Shown: positions 25,848 through 36,671 of the stretch, one piece after another | How positions within the stretch are numbered: position 1 is the first letter of the stretch | How the letters are laid out: each line of letters starts with the position of its first letter | Assembly: GCA_028282885.1 (NCBI GenBank) | Contig: JANQGX010000058.1 | Span: forward strand, 68,078 to 132,077 | Length of the DNA: 64,000 nucleotides | From: SAR324 cluster bacterium | GTDB taxonomy: Bacteria; SAR324; XYD2-FULL-50-16 | Reading direction: 5' to 3' | Position numbers and translations under genes: made by a program | The notes under the pieces: model-generated | Seen by the model: the letters and a program-made list of their open reading frames with translations, nothing else | What the model was told of the DNA's origin: nothing | The model's database searches: none

Positions 25848-26762
25848 GTGATCAAATCAAAACACCTTCAGTATCGAATTGAGTATTGGGCATATCAGAT
25901 AATGTCGTTGATTGTCCGAAGTCTTCCGGAAAGCCTATTAAATGTACTGGTCAAAGCAATCGGTTTATTCGTTTATCGGACCGGTGTTCGACAAAGGGTA
26001 TTGGATATCAATCTCAAAATTGCTTTTGGGGACTCCACCAACAAACAGGAACTAAATACATTGAGAAGAAAGACCTGTCTCAATGCTGCTTATATTCTGA
26101 TTGAATTTCTTTTAATGAGATTTATTACTCCTGAAAACCTTGGCAAGTATATTACTATTGAAGGGTCGGAACATATGACTACCGCACTTGAGGAAGGAAA
26201 AGGAGCCGTAGTAGCCGGAAACCATTTCGGTAATTGGGAGCTGTTCACTGCAGCATTATCTCACCAGGTAACCCCTTTATACATATTTGCGGGGATGCAA
26301 AAGAATCAAAAAATCGATTTTGCCATTAACCGAATCAGGCGGAAGTTCGGTACCGTTACCATTTCAAAGGCCAAGACTGCACCTTTCGAAATGATGAAAG
26401 CGTTAAAAAACAATCATCCCCTGGGAATGGCGGGTGATTTGAACGTCCCTCACAACAATATTTTTGTGAACTTTTTCGGTAAGAAAGCAGTGGTAGGTCA
26501 GGGATTGGCAACCTACACCACGAAACGCAAGGTTCCGTTACTGTTTGTGTGGAATGTCAGGTTGGCCCCTTTCAGATACAAAGGGTATATCAAGCGGTTG
26601 TATTACCAGGAAACAGGCGATAGCAAGACCGACCTGACGGCAATAGCGCAGATGATTTCGGATGAGTTGGAAGAAAAAATACGTCTTCATCCCGAACAGT
26701 ATTTCTGGTTTAACCGTCGTTGGAAAACAAGACCGGATGATGATCCGGAAGATGTTTACTGA
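25848..26762 (+). CDS. Lipid A acyltransferase (LpxL/HtrB family)
   Basis: HFGNWE, FVNFFG and PEQYFWFNRRWKT. GTG start. Confidence 0.9.
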   Translation: MIKSKHLQYRIEYWAYQIMSLIVRSLPESLLNVLVKAIGLFVYRTGVRQRVLDINLKIAFGDSTNKQELNTLRRKTCLNAAYILIEFLLMRFITPENLGKYITIEGSEHMTTALEEGKGAVVAGNHFGNWELFTAALSHQVTPLYIFAGMQKNQKIDFAINRIRRKFGTVTISKAKTAPFEMMKALKNNHPLGMAGDLNVPHNNIFVNFFGKKAVVGQGLATYTTKRKVPLLFVWNVRLAPFRYKGYIKRLYYQETGDSKTDLTAIAQMISDELEEKIRLHPEQYFWFNRRWKTRPDDDPEDVY

Positions 26763-26803
26763 TCGGTTTTCCCCATCGGAATTCTTCCAACCCGGTGTAA
26801 AAC

Positions 26804-27118
26804 CTATTTAAAGCTATTAACCATATCCCTGAGTTCTCTACCTGGCCTGAAAACGGGTAGTTTTTTCGGCTTTACCTTCACCTTCTCACCTGTCTTCGGA
26901 TTCCTGCCGATGTATTCTTCGTACTTTTTGGTGCTGAAAGAGCCGAATCCCCTTATTTCAACTCTGTCGCCATCTTTCAGAGCATCTTTGATGGAATTAA
27001 AGAAAAGATTGACCGTTTCCCTTGCTATTTCGGTTTTCTGTTTTGCACTTGTTTCATCAATGTATTCTTCCATTTCCAGTACCAGCTTTTCTATAAGCTG
27101 AGATTTTTTCATCTTCAT
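26804..27118 (-). CDS. ihfB: Integration host factor beta / HU family
   Basis: MKKSQLI, GDRVEIRGFGSF, GRNPKTGE and FRPGRELR. GGAGG RBS supports the start at 27118. Confidence 0.88.
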   Translation of the reverse strand: MKMKKSQLIEKLVLEMEEYIDETSAKQKTEIARETVNLFFNSIKDALKDGDRVEIRGFGSFSTKKYEEYIGRNPKTGEKVKVKPKKLPVFRPGRELRDMVNSFK

Positions 27119-27274
27119 CTTTCGTTCATCCTCCAGGTTAGTAGATTGGTTAGGTGTCTTGATGAGTTTAACAAGAAAAAGAAACAATATCAAATAATTT
27201 AAAGCTTACACACTGTATTTTTTAACAGAGAAACAAGAGAAACTCATCAAGTTTGCCGACTGTCACCTCCGGGA

Positions 27275-27988
27275 TTATTGAATTCCCATTTTTTCCTTTA
27301 AAGCGGCAAGTTCGTTGGATGAAGAACTTGTGGAAGTTTCATCCGTCAGCAAAGCGTCGTTTATTTCATCGTCAACGCTCTTTGGCTGTTCTGCCATGTC
27401 ATTATAAGCCAATGCAATTGTCTCCTCTTCCTCTACTTTCTGCTTCATTCGTTCCAACATGGCGACTGTACCAGTGGAGTCAACAGAGGCCAACTGTTTG
27501 TTGATTTTCTTGGTTGCGGAAGCGGTTTTTGCCCTTGCTTTCAGAGTCACCAACTCATTTTCATATTGTTGAATCTTGGATTTGAGCGTATCAATGTTCT
27601 TCTGCAAGGTTTGAACAGTTGCGTTTTGACTATCACTTGCCTGTTTGGCCAAGGCAAATTGCTTGCCGCACTCTTCCTTTCTGCTTAAGGCTTCCGTGGC
27701 AAGCTGGTCTGCCTTGCTTGACTCAAGCTTTCCGGATTGACCCTGTTGCAGCAGCGCCATTGCTTTGCGTTCCCAGTCCACTGCTCCGTTCTTGGCTTTC
27801 TCCATATCGCGCTCTGCCTTGATAGCAATTGCTTTTACTTCAGCAAAGTTCTGCATGGCTTTTTCCAGATCTTGTTTGAGTTCCCGAATTCCCTGTTCTG
27901 TCATCTTAACGGGATCCTCAAGCTTATCAATGATGGAGTGCGCTTCGGCGCTTCCCAGGCTGAAAATACGTTTAAAAAAACCGGCCAT
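27275..27988 (-). CDS. pspA: PspA/IM30 family protein
   Basis: FFKRI, LEDP.KM.EQ.IRE, WE.KA..AL, LKAR...A.A, ERM..KV and EL..LK.KMG. Confidence 0.9.
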   Translation of the reverse strand: MAGFFKRIFSLGSAEAHSIIDKLEDPVKMTEQGIRELKQDLEKAMQNFAEVKAIAIKAERDMEKAKNGAVDWERKAMALLQQGQSGKLESSKADQLATEALSRKEECGKQFALAKQASDSQNATVQTLQKNIDTLKSKIQQYENELVTLKARAKTASATKKINKQLASVDSTGTVAMLERMKQKVEEEETIALAYNDMAEQPKSVDDEINDALLTDETSTSSSSNELAALKEKMGIQ

Positions 27989-28009
27989 ACCTTCTCCTTA
28001 CACAAAAAA

Positions 28010-28402
28010 TTACTTATTTAAGGATAATAATTCGTTGGAATATTCAGCCAAGCCAAGACTTAGGGCATTGATGGTTCCTTCGAATTCATTAAAATCTATG
28101 TTTTCGATTTGTAAAGTATCACGGAAAATCACCTGTTTGCCATCTTCATCAATGACAAAAGCCCCGTGAATCAGATTTCTGTTCATCTGCAGGAGCCTGA
28201 GAAAATGATTCTCAGATGGTTTTTCTATGTTATAAATCAGTTGTTCGAAGATCAGGATGGGTTGTTCACAATCGATGATCAGGTTATAGATCCCCTTATC
28301 CTCGTTGGAAACCACCAACAGCTCCTCGTTATCATCTCGCTGAATGATGTCCAGGCCGAGTTGCTCTGTAAATTCAATTATTTTTTTAAAGTATTCGCTC
28401 AT
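28010..28402 (-). CDS. YbjN/CesT-like chaperone-fold protein
   Basis: 130-aa acidic protein with LLQMNR.LIHGAFVID and FRDTLQIENID..E. Lies directly upstream of pspA. Confidence 0.75.
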   Translation of the reverse strand: MSEYFKKIIEFTEQLGLDIIQRDDNEELLVVSNEDKGIYNLIIDCEQPILIFEQLIYNIEKPSENHFLRLLQMNRNLIHGAFVIDEDGKQVIFRDTLQIENIDFNEFEGTINALSLGLAEYSNELLSLNK

Positions 28403-28522
28403 ATAGTCTACTCACGAAAGATTGATTTCGAAATCTGAACTGCTGTTTTGGTTGATTAATCGGATTCGGTAAAAGAACCATTCATCCGTTGTATGAACGG
28501 ATAGTCTAGCCAAATTATCGGA

Positions 28523-30202
28523 TCAGTACAATTTCTTCCGCTTGTTTGACGGAAGAATATTCATTGCTTCCCGATATTTTGCTACCGTTCGGCGTGCAAC
28601 CTTGATCCCGGCGTTCTCCAGGAGCTCGGTTTTGATCTGAAGATCTGTGTATGGCTTCTTCTTATCTTCAGATTCAATCAGCTTCTTGATATAGTCCTTG
28701 ATTTTTTTTGATGAAATGACATCACCGTCCCCCTGGTCGATGCCACTGGTGAAGAAATATTTGAGCTCAAAAATCCCTTGCGGAGTATAGACATACTTGT
28801 TGGTCGTAATCCTGCTGACCGTAGATTCATGAACATCAATATCCTCCGCAACGTCCTTTAGAACCAACGGCTTAAGATAATCGATTCCTTTTTCAAAGAA
28901 CTCATGTTGAAATTTTAAAATGCTCTTGGTTACCCGATAAATGGTCTTTTGCCTCTGTTCAATACTCTTCATCAACCAGTCACCGGCTTTGATCTTTTCC
29001 AGAATATATTGGTAAGTCATATCCTGATCATTACCATTCTCTTTTTTTGCGGCTGCTCCTTCGTCTTTATTTTCTTTTAGGAGATTCTGATAGTATGGAT
29101 TGATCCTGAGCCGTGGAATACTGTCCTGATTCATACTAACGACATATTCGCTGCCGCGCTTGTAGATGAAAACGTCAGGGACGACATACTGGGTAACTTC
29201 ACCTCCAAAAGGCCTGCCGGGCTTAGGTTCGAGTTCGGTGATGACCTGATAGGCTTTAACCACCTCCTGGATATCAGCTTTCTGCAAACGGGCGATTTTC
29301 TTGAGATCCTTCTGCTCAAGAAAGCTCATATTTTCCGAGATAATCCGCATGGCCAGCGAATTTTCCAGATGCAATGTCCTCAGTTGGTTGGTTAGGCATT
29401 CCTGAAGCGTCCGAGTTGCAACTCCGGGGGGATCAAAACGCTGGATCTTCTTCAAAACCAGCTCCAAAACACCGCAGTGCTCATTACTTACCTGGGAAAG
29501 ATCGATCTCTTCTTTATCCTCATCTTCGTCATCCGGCACAGGGTTCTTCTTTTTCCTTCCTTTCTGCTTTTTCTCGACTCTTTCCCGTGTCTCATGAAAG
29601 AGATCAAACATCGGAATCGACTCTTCATCAACAAGGGTTTCAATCTCGTTTTTAAGAAGAAGTTCCTTAATCAATTTATGAAGTTGGGGCGTTGAAGCCA
29701 GAAGCTCCCGAATGGATATGGATAAGTAGCCTTCGCTGTCAATATTACCGATGATATGTTCGGCAAATTCTTTTTCTACAGGGGAGAAACTCGACAGATC
29801 CAACTGCCAGAACAGGTGGTCCATCAGGGTGGATTCTCTGGAAATGGTTGCTTCCAAAGGATTGGATTGATCGTCCGAATCAGCAGTGCGGGTTTTTACA
29901 TCTTGCATTACTCCTGCACCGGATTCAATATAGTTTTGCCACTCTTCGTCATATGAAAGCTGAACTTGCTCCTCGACTAGGTTTTTAGCATCTTCTGTGT
30001 CTTCGCTCTTCTTGTCGCTTCCTTCCTCCTCATCTTCTACAGGGGATAATTCAAGCGTTGGGTTTTCAATCAAGCTTTGATCAATCAGCTCTTCCAGCTC
30101 AATCCGTGATAGCTGGAGCAGCTTTATAGCTTGTTGTAATTGCGGGGTCATGATGAGCTGTTGACTCATCCGCATTTCCAACCCCATTCGCATGGAAACC
30201 AT
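28523..30202 (-). CDS. rpoN: RNA polymerase sigma-54 factor
   Basis: MTPQLQQAIKLLQL, HESTVSR, ELKYFF and the RpoN box ARRTVAKYRE. Confidence 0.97.
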   Translation of the reverse strand: MVSMRMGLEMRMSQQLIMTPQLQQAIKLLQLSRIELEELIDQSLIENPTLELSPVEDEEEGSDKKSEDTEDAKNLVEEQVQLSYDEEWQNYIESGAGVMQDVKTRTADSDDQSNPLEATISRESTLMDHLFWQLDLSSFSPVEKEFAEHIIGNIDSEGYLSISIRELLASTPQLHKLIKELLLKNEIETLVDEESIPMFDLFHETRERVEKKQKGRKKKNPVPDDEDEDKEEIDLSQVSNEHCGVLELVLKKIQRFDPPGVATRTLQECLTNQLRTLHLENSLAMRIISENMSFLEQKDLKKIARLQKADIQEVVKAYQVITELEPKPGRPFGGEVTQYVVPDVFIYKRGSEYVVSMNQDSIPRLRINPYYQNLLKENKDEGAAAKKENGNDQDMTYQYILEKIKAGDWLMKSIEQRQKTIYRVTKSILKFQHEFFEKGIDYLKPLVLKDVAEDIDVHESTVSRITTNKYVYTPQGIFELKYFFTSGIDQGDGDVISSKKIKDYIKKLIESEDKKKPYTDLQIKTELLENAGIKVARRTVAKYREAMNILPSNKRKKLY

Positions 30203-30319
30203 GGTGTTTTTTTATGGTAATAATGTAAAGAATGTGCGGGCCTTTTTTGTCGTTTTTTAACCCAAAAGCTCTGTATACAACTTTAAATTACCGCTACTTA
30301 TTGTCTATTAATAACATGA

Positions 30320-30348
30320 TCTATATCTGTAAAACAACAGTTTGTCAA
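30320..30348 (-). promoter_or_regulatory. Possible sigma70 promoter upstream of rpoN
   Basis: Minus strand TTGACA (30348-30343), 17 nt, then TATAGA. Confidence 0.35.
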
Positions 30349-30413
30349 AATCGAGAGAACTATTTTTTGGCTGTATAGGTCTCGTTTTTAGTCTTTTTTT
30401 TACGACCGACCAC

Positions 30414-31754
30414 TCATCTTGAAGAATCAGCTTCCCGATCTTGACTTAATGTAACCGGTAGTCTGTTTTGTATCTCTAACTCCTTTTTCTCGGGTGGTAG
30501 ATCAATAATAGCACGGAAAATCCTGGCAACTTCCTTATTCAACTCCCTGGACAGGGCTTCGAACTTTGTATTGTTATCCCACATGGACTTGAAGAGTTTG
30601 CCGATTTTCTCCTTTCGGGTCTCGGGCCTGTCTTCATCCTCGATACGTTTTTTGATTTCCTTAAGAATCCCCTGTTCCTTGATGGATGTGTATATGAGCT
30701 TGAAATCTTCTATTATCCGAGAGTATCTCTCCCCATATTCACTATCGATAACCTGTTTGGCTAAAAAATAATCCCGGACAAGATTCAGGACAAGGGCATC
30801 GAGTTTATAATTGTCCAGGTTGATTTTTCCCAGACTTAACATTCCCACTCCCGGGATAGCTATATACAGCTCTTTGCTACCGGCTGCTTCCAGGAGTTTT
30901 ATCAGATCGTGTTCAAATTCTTCGTCTGATTCACTATAGAGTTTCTCCAGTATATCGGGTGACAAGGGTATGTGGTCAGCGTTGTTGTCCCAATCATCCA
31001 GAGTTTGAATGAGAGCAGCGCTCACTTTGAACAGATGAGGGAAATTAATTACCTTGTAGCCGTGAATGGCGGAAATAGAGTTAATTGCATTGGAGATTCT
31101 GATGATGGTTCTTGCGATATTAATCAGGCTGACCAATATGCCGGTACCGGGTATATTCGAGGCCACAATCAAACCGAGGACGATATTGAAGGTTTTATCG
31201 AACGAATCAATCAGCCTTTTATAGCGATTGCTTTTATGGGGATAGAGTGTCTCAATCAGGAGGCTTCTCTCTCCTGGGGACAACTTTCGAATATCATGCA
31301 GATTATGGATTTCCTTGTTCAGTGTCAAAGCGGCTTTATCCACCACCCATTTTTCATAGTCAATGCTTTTGGAGAGCTCAATGCCGCTTTTAATAAACTC
31401 AAATACTCTTTCCCGGACCCACTCTTCCATCTCTTTCAGCTTGCTTTTGGTCAGTTTTGAGAAATCCTGAGTGATCCTGCCAAACCTGTCCAAAACCTGG
31501 GATGATTTCAGAATTTGCCTGATTTTGCCGGAGGGTATTCCGGGGATTTTCGTGTTACCGGCTTTTTGACCAAACTGTTTCACCTTTTCCAGACTTTTGC
31601 TGAGTGTCCTGTCAGCTTTTTGGATGGTTTCTATAGCCGAATGACCTTCAAACGGCTCGATAACTCGATTTTTAGCAAAGCGCTGCAGACTCTCCAACTC
31701 ATCCCCGGAAAGCTGTTCAACGAATTCCTTATAACTTAAATTCTTTTTTGACAT
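30414..31754 (-). CDS. Hypothetical helical protein, weakly EcsC-like
   Basis: 446-aa ORF with hydrophobic hairpin segments (IPGTGILV...I..I..IHGY; IAIPGVG). Confidence 0.65.
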   Translation of the reverse strand: MSKKNLSYKEFVEQLSGDELESLQRFAKNRVIEPFEGHSAIETIQKADRTLSKSLEKVKQFGQKAGNTKIPGIPSGKIRQILKSSQVLDRFGRITQDFSKLTKSKLKEMEEWVRERVFEFIKSGIELSKSIDYEKWVVDKAALTLNKEIHNLHDIRKLSPGERSLLIETLYPHKSNRYKRLIDSFDKTFNIVLGLIVASNIPGTGILVSLINIARTIIRISNAINSISAIHGYKVINFPHLFKVSAALIQTLDDWDNNADHIPLSPDILEKLYSESDEEFEHDLIKLLEAAGSKELYIAIPGVGMLSLGKINLDNYKLDALVLNLVRDYFLAKQVIDSEYGERYSRIIEDFKLIYTSIKEQGILKEIKKRIEDEDRPETRKEKIGKLFKSMWDNNTKFEALSRELNKEVARIFRAIIDLPPEKKELEIQNRLPVTLSQDREADSSR

Positions 31755-31933
31755 AATAGTTCAATAAACTCTCAGACATTATTTCGAAATGTGAACTTCC
31801 TTATCAAACCACTCCGCTCTCGTTGCGCATTGCAATTGATATTGTTGATTGCTAGCCTATTAGAAAATCCGGAAAACATAAAGTTGGGAAGTCATCGCAC
31901 GTTAATAGAAAGCAATCTTAGGTCAATTTAACA

Positions 31934-33241
31934 ATGCCACTACTTGAAATCATTAAACCGGAATCCCTAAGGATCGGTTCGAATCGAATCGGTACCATTG
32001 ACAGGGAGCTCACAGATTCGGTGAGTAACATTATTTCAAAAGTTATCCGAGAAGGCGATCAAGCCCTGATTAAACTGACAAGGCAATTTGATGGTATTTC
32101 GCTCAATTCCGTTAAGGTTTCACCCGAAAAAATAGCTGATGCTGAATCTCTATTGGATGTGAAAACAAGAACTATTCTTGAGAATGCTATTATCAGAATC
32201 ACGGCATTCCACAAAAGGCAGCAACAAAACACCTGGAAGGAAACCTATGAAGACGGAACAACTCTTGGCGAAAAAGTAACAGCGTTGGACAGGGTCGGCA
32301 TCTATGTGCCGGGAGGAAAGGCTTTCTATCCCTCAACCCTGATCATGAACGCGATTCCGGCGCAAATCGCTGGCGTTGCCTCTATTGTAGTTGCCTCTCC
32401 TCCTTCACAAAACGGACTTCCGCATCACCTGGTTCTTGGAATATGCTCTATGCTGGACTTGAAAGAGATTACTTCAGTTGGCGGTGCCCAGGCCGTTGCC
32501 GCAATGGCTTATGGCACGGAATCCATCACACCCGTGTGTAAGGTCACAGGTCCCGGCAACAAGTTTGTAGCAGAGGCAAAAAGACAGGTTTTTGGTCAGG
32601 TCGGCATCGACTCGATTGCAGGTCCCAGCGAAATAGTGGTGTTACACGACAATCCCGACATACCGGTTGAATTTTTGGTCAGGGATTTGCTTACCCAAGC
32701 TGAGCATGATGAAGATGCTTCATCAATTTTGATCACGACAGAGGCAGAAACAGCAAAAAAAGTCCAGGAAAGAATCGATAAAATTGTCCCGGACCTGCCT
32801 CGACGTGAAATTATAGAGAAATCGTTATCTGACAACGGAGCTATCATCATCGTCAAAGAGCTTTCTGAAGGGATCGATCTGGTAAACAGACTTGCGCCGG
32901 AACACTTGGAACTGATGGTCAGGGACAATTCGGTGCTCGACCGAATTCAAAATGCCGGCGCTATTTTTGTCGGAAAATGGTCATCGGAAACAATAGGGGA
33001 CTATTATGCAGGTCCAAATCACACTATTCCGACCTCTGGCGCAGCTAAATACGGATCTCCCTTGGCAGTAAGGGATTTTCAAAAACATTCGTCAATAATT
33101 AAATATTCTGAAGATCGACTCAAATCGGAAGCGAACGACATCATTGAATTCGCGGAACTGGAAGGATTAAGCGCACATGCTGACGCAGTCAGGGTCAGAA
33201 TAAAAAAGGAAGTTGCCAATGAAACGCAGTCAATCATTTAG
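31934..33241 (+). CDS. hisD: Histidinol dehydrogenase
   Basis: GIYVPGG, GGAQAVAA.AYGT, GPGN, IDSIAGPSE, QAEHD, APEHL and GDY.AGPNH. Confidence 0.97.
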   Translation: MPLLEIIKPESLRIGSNRIGTIDRELTDSVSNIISKVIREGDQALIKLTRQFDGISLNSVKVSPEKIADAESLLDVKTRTILENAIIRITAFHKRQQQNTWKETYEDGTTLGEKVTALDRVGIYVPGGKAFYPSTLIMNAIPAQIAGVASIVVASPPSQNGLPHHLVLGICSMLDLKEITSVGGAQAVAAMAYGTESITPVCKVTGPGNKFVAEAKRQVFGQVGIDSIAGPSEIVVLHDNPDIPVEFLVRDLLTQAEHDEDASSILITTEAETAKKVQERIDKIVPDLPRREIIEKSLSDNGAIIIVKELSEGIDLVNRLAPEHLELMVRDNSVLDRIQNAGAIFVGKWSSETIGDYYAGPNHTIPTSGAAKYGSPLAVRDFQKHSSIIKYSEDRLKSEANDIIEFAELEGLSAHADAVRVRIKKEVANETQSII

Positions 33242-33800
33242 CCGAATAACCAAAGAAACCAACATTAACGGAAACCTTACTCTTAACGGCAATGGCCAAA
33301 CCCAAATTCAAACAGGGATCGGCTTTTTGGATCACATGCTGGATCTGTTTACGTTTCATTCGGGATTTGATCTGAAATTGGATTGTCAAGGTGATTTGGA
33401 GGTGTGCCCACATCATTCGGTTGAAGACATCGCCATTGTTCTGGGGGAAGCTTTTGATCAGGCTTTGGCAGACAAAAAAGGGATAAAACGCTACTCGTCA
33501 ATATATCTACCCATGGATGAAACACTGAGCAGGACTGTGCTTGATATATCCGGTCGTCCCTTTCATTATTTCAGGGGGGAATTCAGAACAGAAAAGATAG
33601 GTGCCCTGCCCACAGAGATGATTGGTCACTTCTTTTATTCCTTCGCCACGAGTGCCAAGTTGACACTTCACCAGGAGATTTTTTACGGCGAAAACGATCA
33701 CCACAAATCTGAATCTCTGTTTAAAGGATTCGGCAGAGCCTTGTCTGAATCTGCATCCATTGTTTCAGATGAGATTCCCTCTTCCAAAGGCGTTCTGTAA
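33219..33800 (+). CDS. hisB: Imidazoleglycerol-phosphate dehydratase
   Basis: TGIGFLDHML, HHSVED, PMDE, NDHH..E..FK and PSSKG. Confidence 0.96.
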   Translation: MKRSQSFSRITKETNINGNLTLNGNGQTQIQTGIGFLDHMLDLFTFHSGFDLKLDCQGDLEVCPHHSVEDIAIVLGEAFDQALADKKGIKRYSSIYLPMDETLSRTVLDISGRPFHYFRGEFRTEKIGALPTEMIGHFFYSFATSAKLTLHQEIFYGENDHHKSESLFKGFGRALSESASIVSDEIPSSKGVL

Positions 33801-33965
33801 TCTGCTACTGGTGATAGTAGAGAATATTTAACTTATAACGTCAAGATATTGGGAATATGCGAACCGGACTGTTCTCTTTATTTTTGCTGTTTGCCGGACA
33901 CTCTATGATGGCTAATCCGGCATAACGAACTCAGCGATATAATCGATAAACTAATCTAACGGACC

Positions 33966-33997
33966 CTGATGGGAAGTTAAGTAGCTCCCATCAGTTT
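33966..33997. terminator. Hairpin between convergent hisB and alaS
   Basis: CTGATGGGA...TCCCATCAG 9-bp stem followed by TTT on the plus strand. Confidence 0.5.
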
Positions 33998-34013
33998 CAT
34001 GCCGGCAAACACG

Positions 34014-36671
34014 CTAGACACTGGTAATCTTTTCGGATAATCGGCTTTTTAACTTGTCCCATCCAGCCGGATTACCTCCTCCGCATTGAGCAACATTAGG
34101 ACTACCTCCCCCCTTGGCATCAATGATGGGTGCCAACTCCTTAACCAAGTTTCCAGCATGAATCTTATCCGTCAAATCTCTTGAAACGGAGAGGATTACC
34201 GAGATTCGCTGTTGGTCCGGCGTCTTGGATAGCATTACAACTCCTGTTTTCATCTTTTTCAGCAGGGTTGCAGCCATCGCTTTCAAATCTGAAGCGGGAT
34301 CCGTTCTCATCATCAAGACATCTATATTCCCGATTTTGGTAACTTCTTGAAGCGCTTTTTCTGCGGTGAACTGTTGCAGCTCGTTTCTGAGCTGCTCAAT
34401 TTGCTTCTCTTTGTCCTTGATCTGAAGCTGCATCTGCTCCAGTCTTTCTGGAACCTCATTCATGGGAACTTTCAGGCTTTGTGAAATACTCTCCATGTTG
34501 CTGATATTCTCCTGAACATAAGCAATCGCCGCTGCACCAGTGAGGGCTTCTATTCTGCGGATACCCGCAGCTATACTCTCTTCGGAAATGATTTTGAACA
34601 ATCCGATGTTTCCGGTTTTTGAGGTGTGGCAACCTCCACAGAGTTCTTTACTGGATGATCCCGCAGTAACCACCCTAACCATATCTCCATATTTCTCCCC
34701 GAAGATAGCCATGGCACCGGCATTTACGGCAGAATCGAAATCAAGGGACTCATCGAGAACCTCTTCATTTTCCCTGATATTCTGGTTGATAATCGTCTCA
34801 ACATCTCCGATCTGTTCCTTTGTCAGCGAAGCGTAGTGGCTGAAATCAAATCTAAGTTTTTCGGGATTCACCAGGGAACCGGATTGCTTGACATGGTCTC
34901 CCAAAACTGTTCGTAATGCGGATTGCATTAAATGTGTTGCCGTATGATTGGCCTGGGTGGCGATCCGTTTCTTCCCGTCAACACGGGCAATCACCTGTGG
35001 AGTAGAAGCAATCGTCACAACATCACTTGTGGTTGAACTAACGATGCCGTGGCAAAGAATTAGTCCCGCTACTGGACTTTGGGTATCGTTAACCACGATC
35101 CTGAATTCATCATGGACGATTTCACCCGTATCTCCGACCTGTCCACCGGACTCTGCATAAAAGGGTGTCTCTTCCAAAAGCACTTCAACCCTGTCTCCCT
35201 CATGGATTTCACTTGTCCGGCTTCCATCTTTCACAACAGCCTGCATTTTCGTTTGCGTTTCAAATATGTCATATCCCACAAACCTGCTTTGAAGCCCTTC
35301 ATCTGTGAGTGCCAGATAAACCTCACTCACCTTCAAATCAACCTTTTTGGTGTCCTGATCCGCTTTTGCTCTCTGGCGCTGCTCCTCCATACAGGAATCA
35401 AATTCTTCTCTGTTGTAGTCCAGTCCATTGTCCTGGAGAACATCCTCTGCCAGATCGGCAGGAAATCCGAAAGTATCATATAATCGGAAAATTTCCTCAC
35501 CATTTACCAATCTGTTATCGGCCTTCCTGTACTTTTCCAGGATTTCATCCAGGATCTTCATACCATGATTCAGAGTTGTGCTAAAGCGCTTCTCTTCCTG
35601 CTTGATAAGTATACGTATGTAGTCCTGGTTTTCTTCAATTTCCGGGTAAGCTTCACTCATCATCGGTACAAAATTGTCCACAAGTTCAGAGAAAAATCCG
35701 GCATGATATCCCAGTTCCTTTCCATGTCTGGCCGCACGTCTGATAATTCTGCGCATAACATATCCCCGACCTTCGTTTGAAGGAATAACACCGTCTGAAA
35801 TGAGGAATACCACTGCCCTGATGTGATCGGCTATCACCCTTGCCGAAACTGTCACATCCGCGTCATTGTCCTTTGGATCAGGAGCGTTCTCTTTCAAATA
35901 ATCGACCAACCCGCTTAAAAGATCTGTTTCATAATTGGAGGTAAATCCCTGAACAACCGAGGCAATGCGTTCAATCCCCATTCCCGTATCAATACTGGGA
36001 TTTGGAAGAGGTACCCTCGTACCGTCCGCTTCCTGGTTATACTGCATGAAAACCAGATTCCAGATTTCCAGAAATGTGCCGTCATCATCTTCCAGAGACT
36101 GTTGGACGCTTTTTCCATCCTGGAGAGGGTACAACTGGTAGTGGATTTCTGAGCAGGGACCACAGGGCCCGACATCACCCATTGACCAGAAATTATCCTT
36201 CTCACCCAGCCGGCCAATCTTGTCAGCCGGTAATCCGATCTCTTTATTCCACAAATCGAAAGCTTCCTGATCATCTTCAAACACGGATGCCACCAATTTA
36301 TCTTCCGGAATCCCCAGTACTTTTGTCAGGTATTCCCATGCATAAGAGATGGCATCTTTCTTAAAGTAGTCACCAAAGGAAAAGTTTCCCAGCATTTCGA
36401 AAAAGGTGTGGTGTCGATCGGTTCTGCCGACATTCTCAAGATCGTTATGTTTGCCTCCTGCCCTCATGACCTTTTGGGACGTAACGGCTCTCTTGAACTC
36501 AGGATTCTGATTGCCGAGAAAGTAATCCTTGAACTGATTCATTCCTGCGTTGGTAAACAGAATAGTCGGATCGTTATGAGGAACCAGGGATGAACTCCGC
36601 ACATGTTTGTGCCCTCTCTCTTCGAAAAATGCAATAAACGACTTCCGAATATCATTGCCTGTCATGGCCAT
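34014..36671 (-). CDS. alaS: Alanine--tRNA ligase
   Basis: FTNAGM, RHHTFFEMLGNFSFGDYFK, DTGMG.ER, NHTATHL and KGGG. Confidence 0.98.
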   Translation of the reverse strand: MAMTGNDIRKSFIAFFEERGHKHVRSSSLVPHNDPTILFTNAGMNQFKDYFLGNQNPEFKRAVTSQKVMRAGGKHNDLENVGRTDRHHTFFEMLGNFSFGDYFKKDAISYAWEYLTKVLGIPEDKLVASVFEDDQEAFDLWNKEIGLPADKIGRLGEKDNFWSMGDVGPCGPCSEIHYQLYPLQDGKSVQQSLEDDDGTFLEIWNLVFMQYNQEADGTRVPLPNPSIDTGMGIERIASVVQGFTSNYETDLLSGLVDYLKENAPDPKDNDADVTVSARVIADHIRAVVFLISDGVIPSNEGRGYVMRRIIRRAARHGKELGYHAGFFSELVDNFVPMMSEAYPEIEENQDYIRILIKQEEKRFSTTLNHGMKILDEILEKYRKADNRLVNGEEIFRLYDTFGFPADLAEDVLQDNGLDYNREEFDSCMEEQRQRAKADQDTKKVDLKVSEVYLALTDEGLQSRFVGYDIFETQTKMQAVVKDGSRTSEIHEGDRVEVLLEETPFYAESGGQVGDTGEIVHDEFRIVVNDTQSPVAGLILCHGIVSSTTSDVVTIASTPQVIARVDGKKRIATQANHTATHLMQSALRTVLGDHVKQSGSLVNPEKLRFDFSHYASLTKEQIGDVETIINQNIRENEEVLDESLDFDSAVNAGAMAIFGEKYGDMVRVVTAGSSSKELCGGCHTSKTGNIGLFKIISEESIAAGIRRIEALTGAAAIAYVQENISNMESISQSLKVPMNEVPERLEQMQLQIKDKEKQIEQLRNELQQFTAEKALQEVTKIGNIDVLMMRTDPASDLKAMAATLLKKMKTGVVMLSKTPDQQRISVILSVSRDLTDKIHAGNLVKELAPIIDAKGGGSPNVAQCGGGNPAGWDKLKSRLSEKITSV

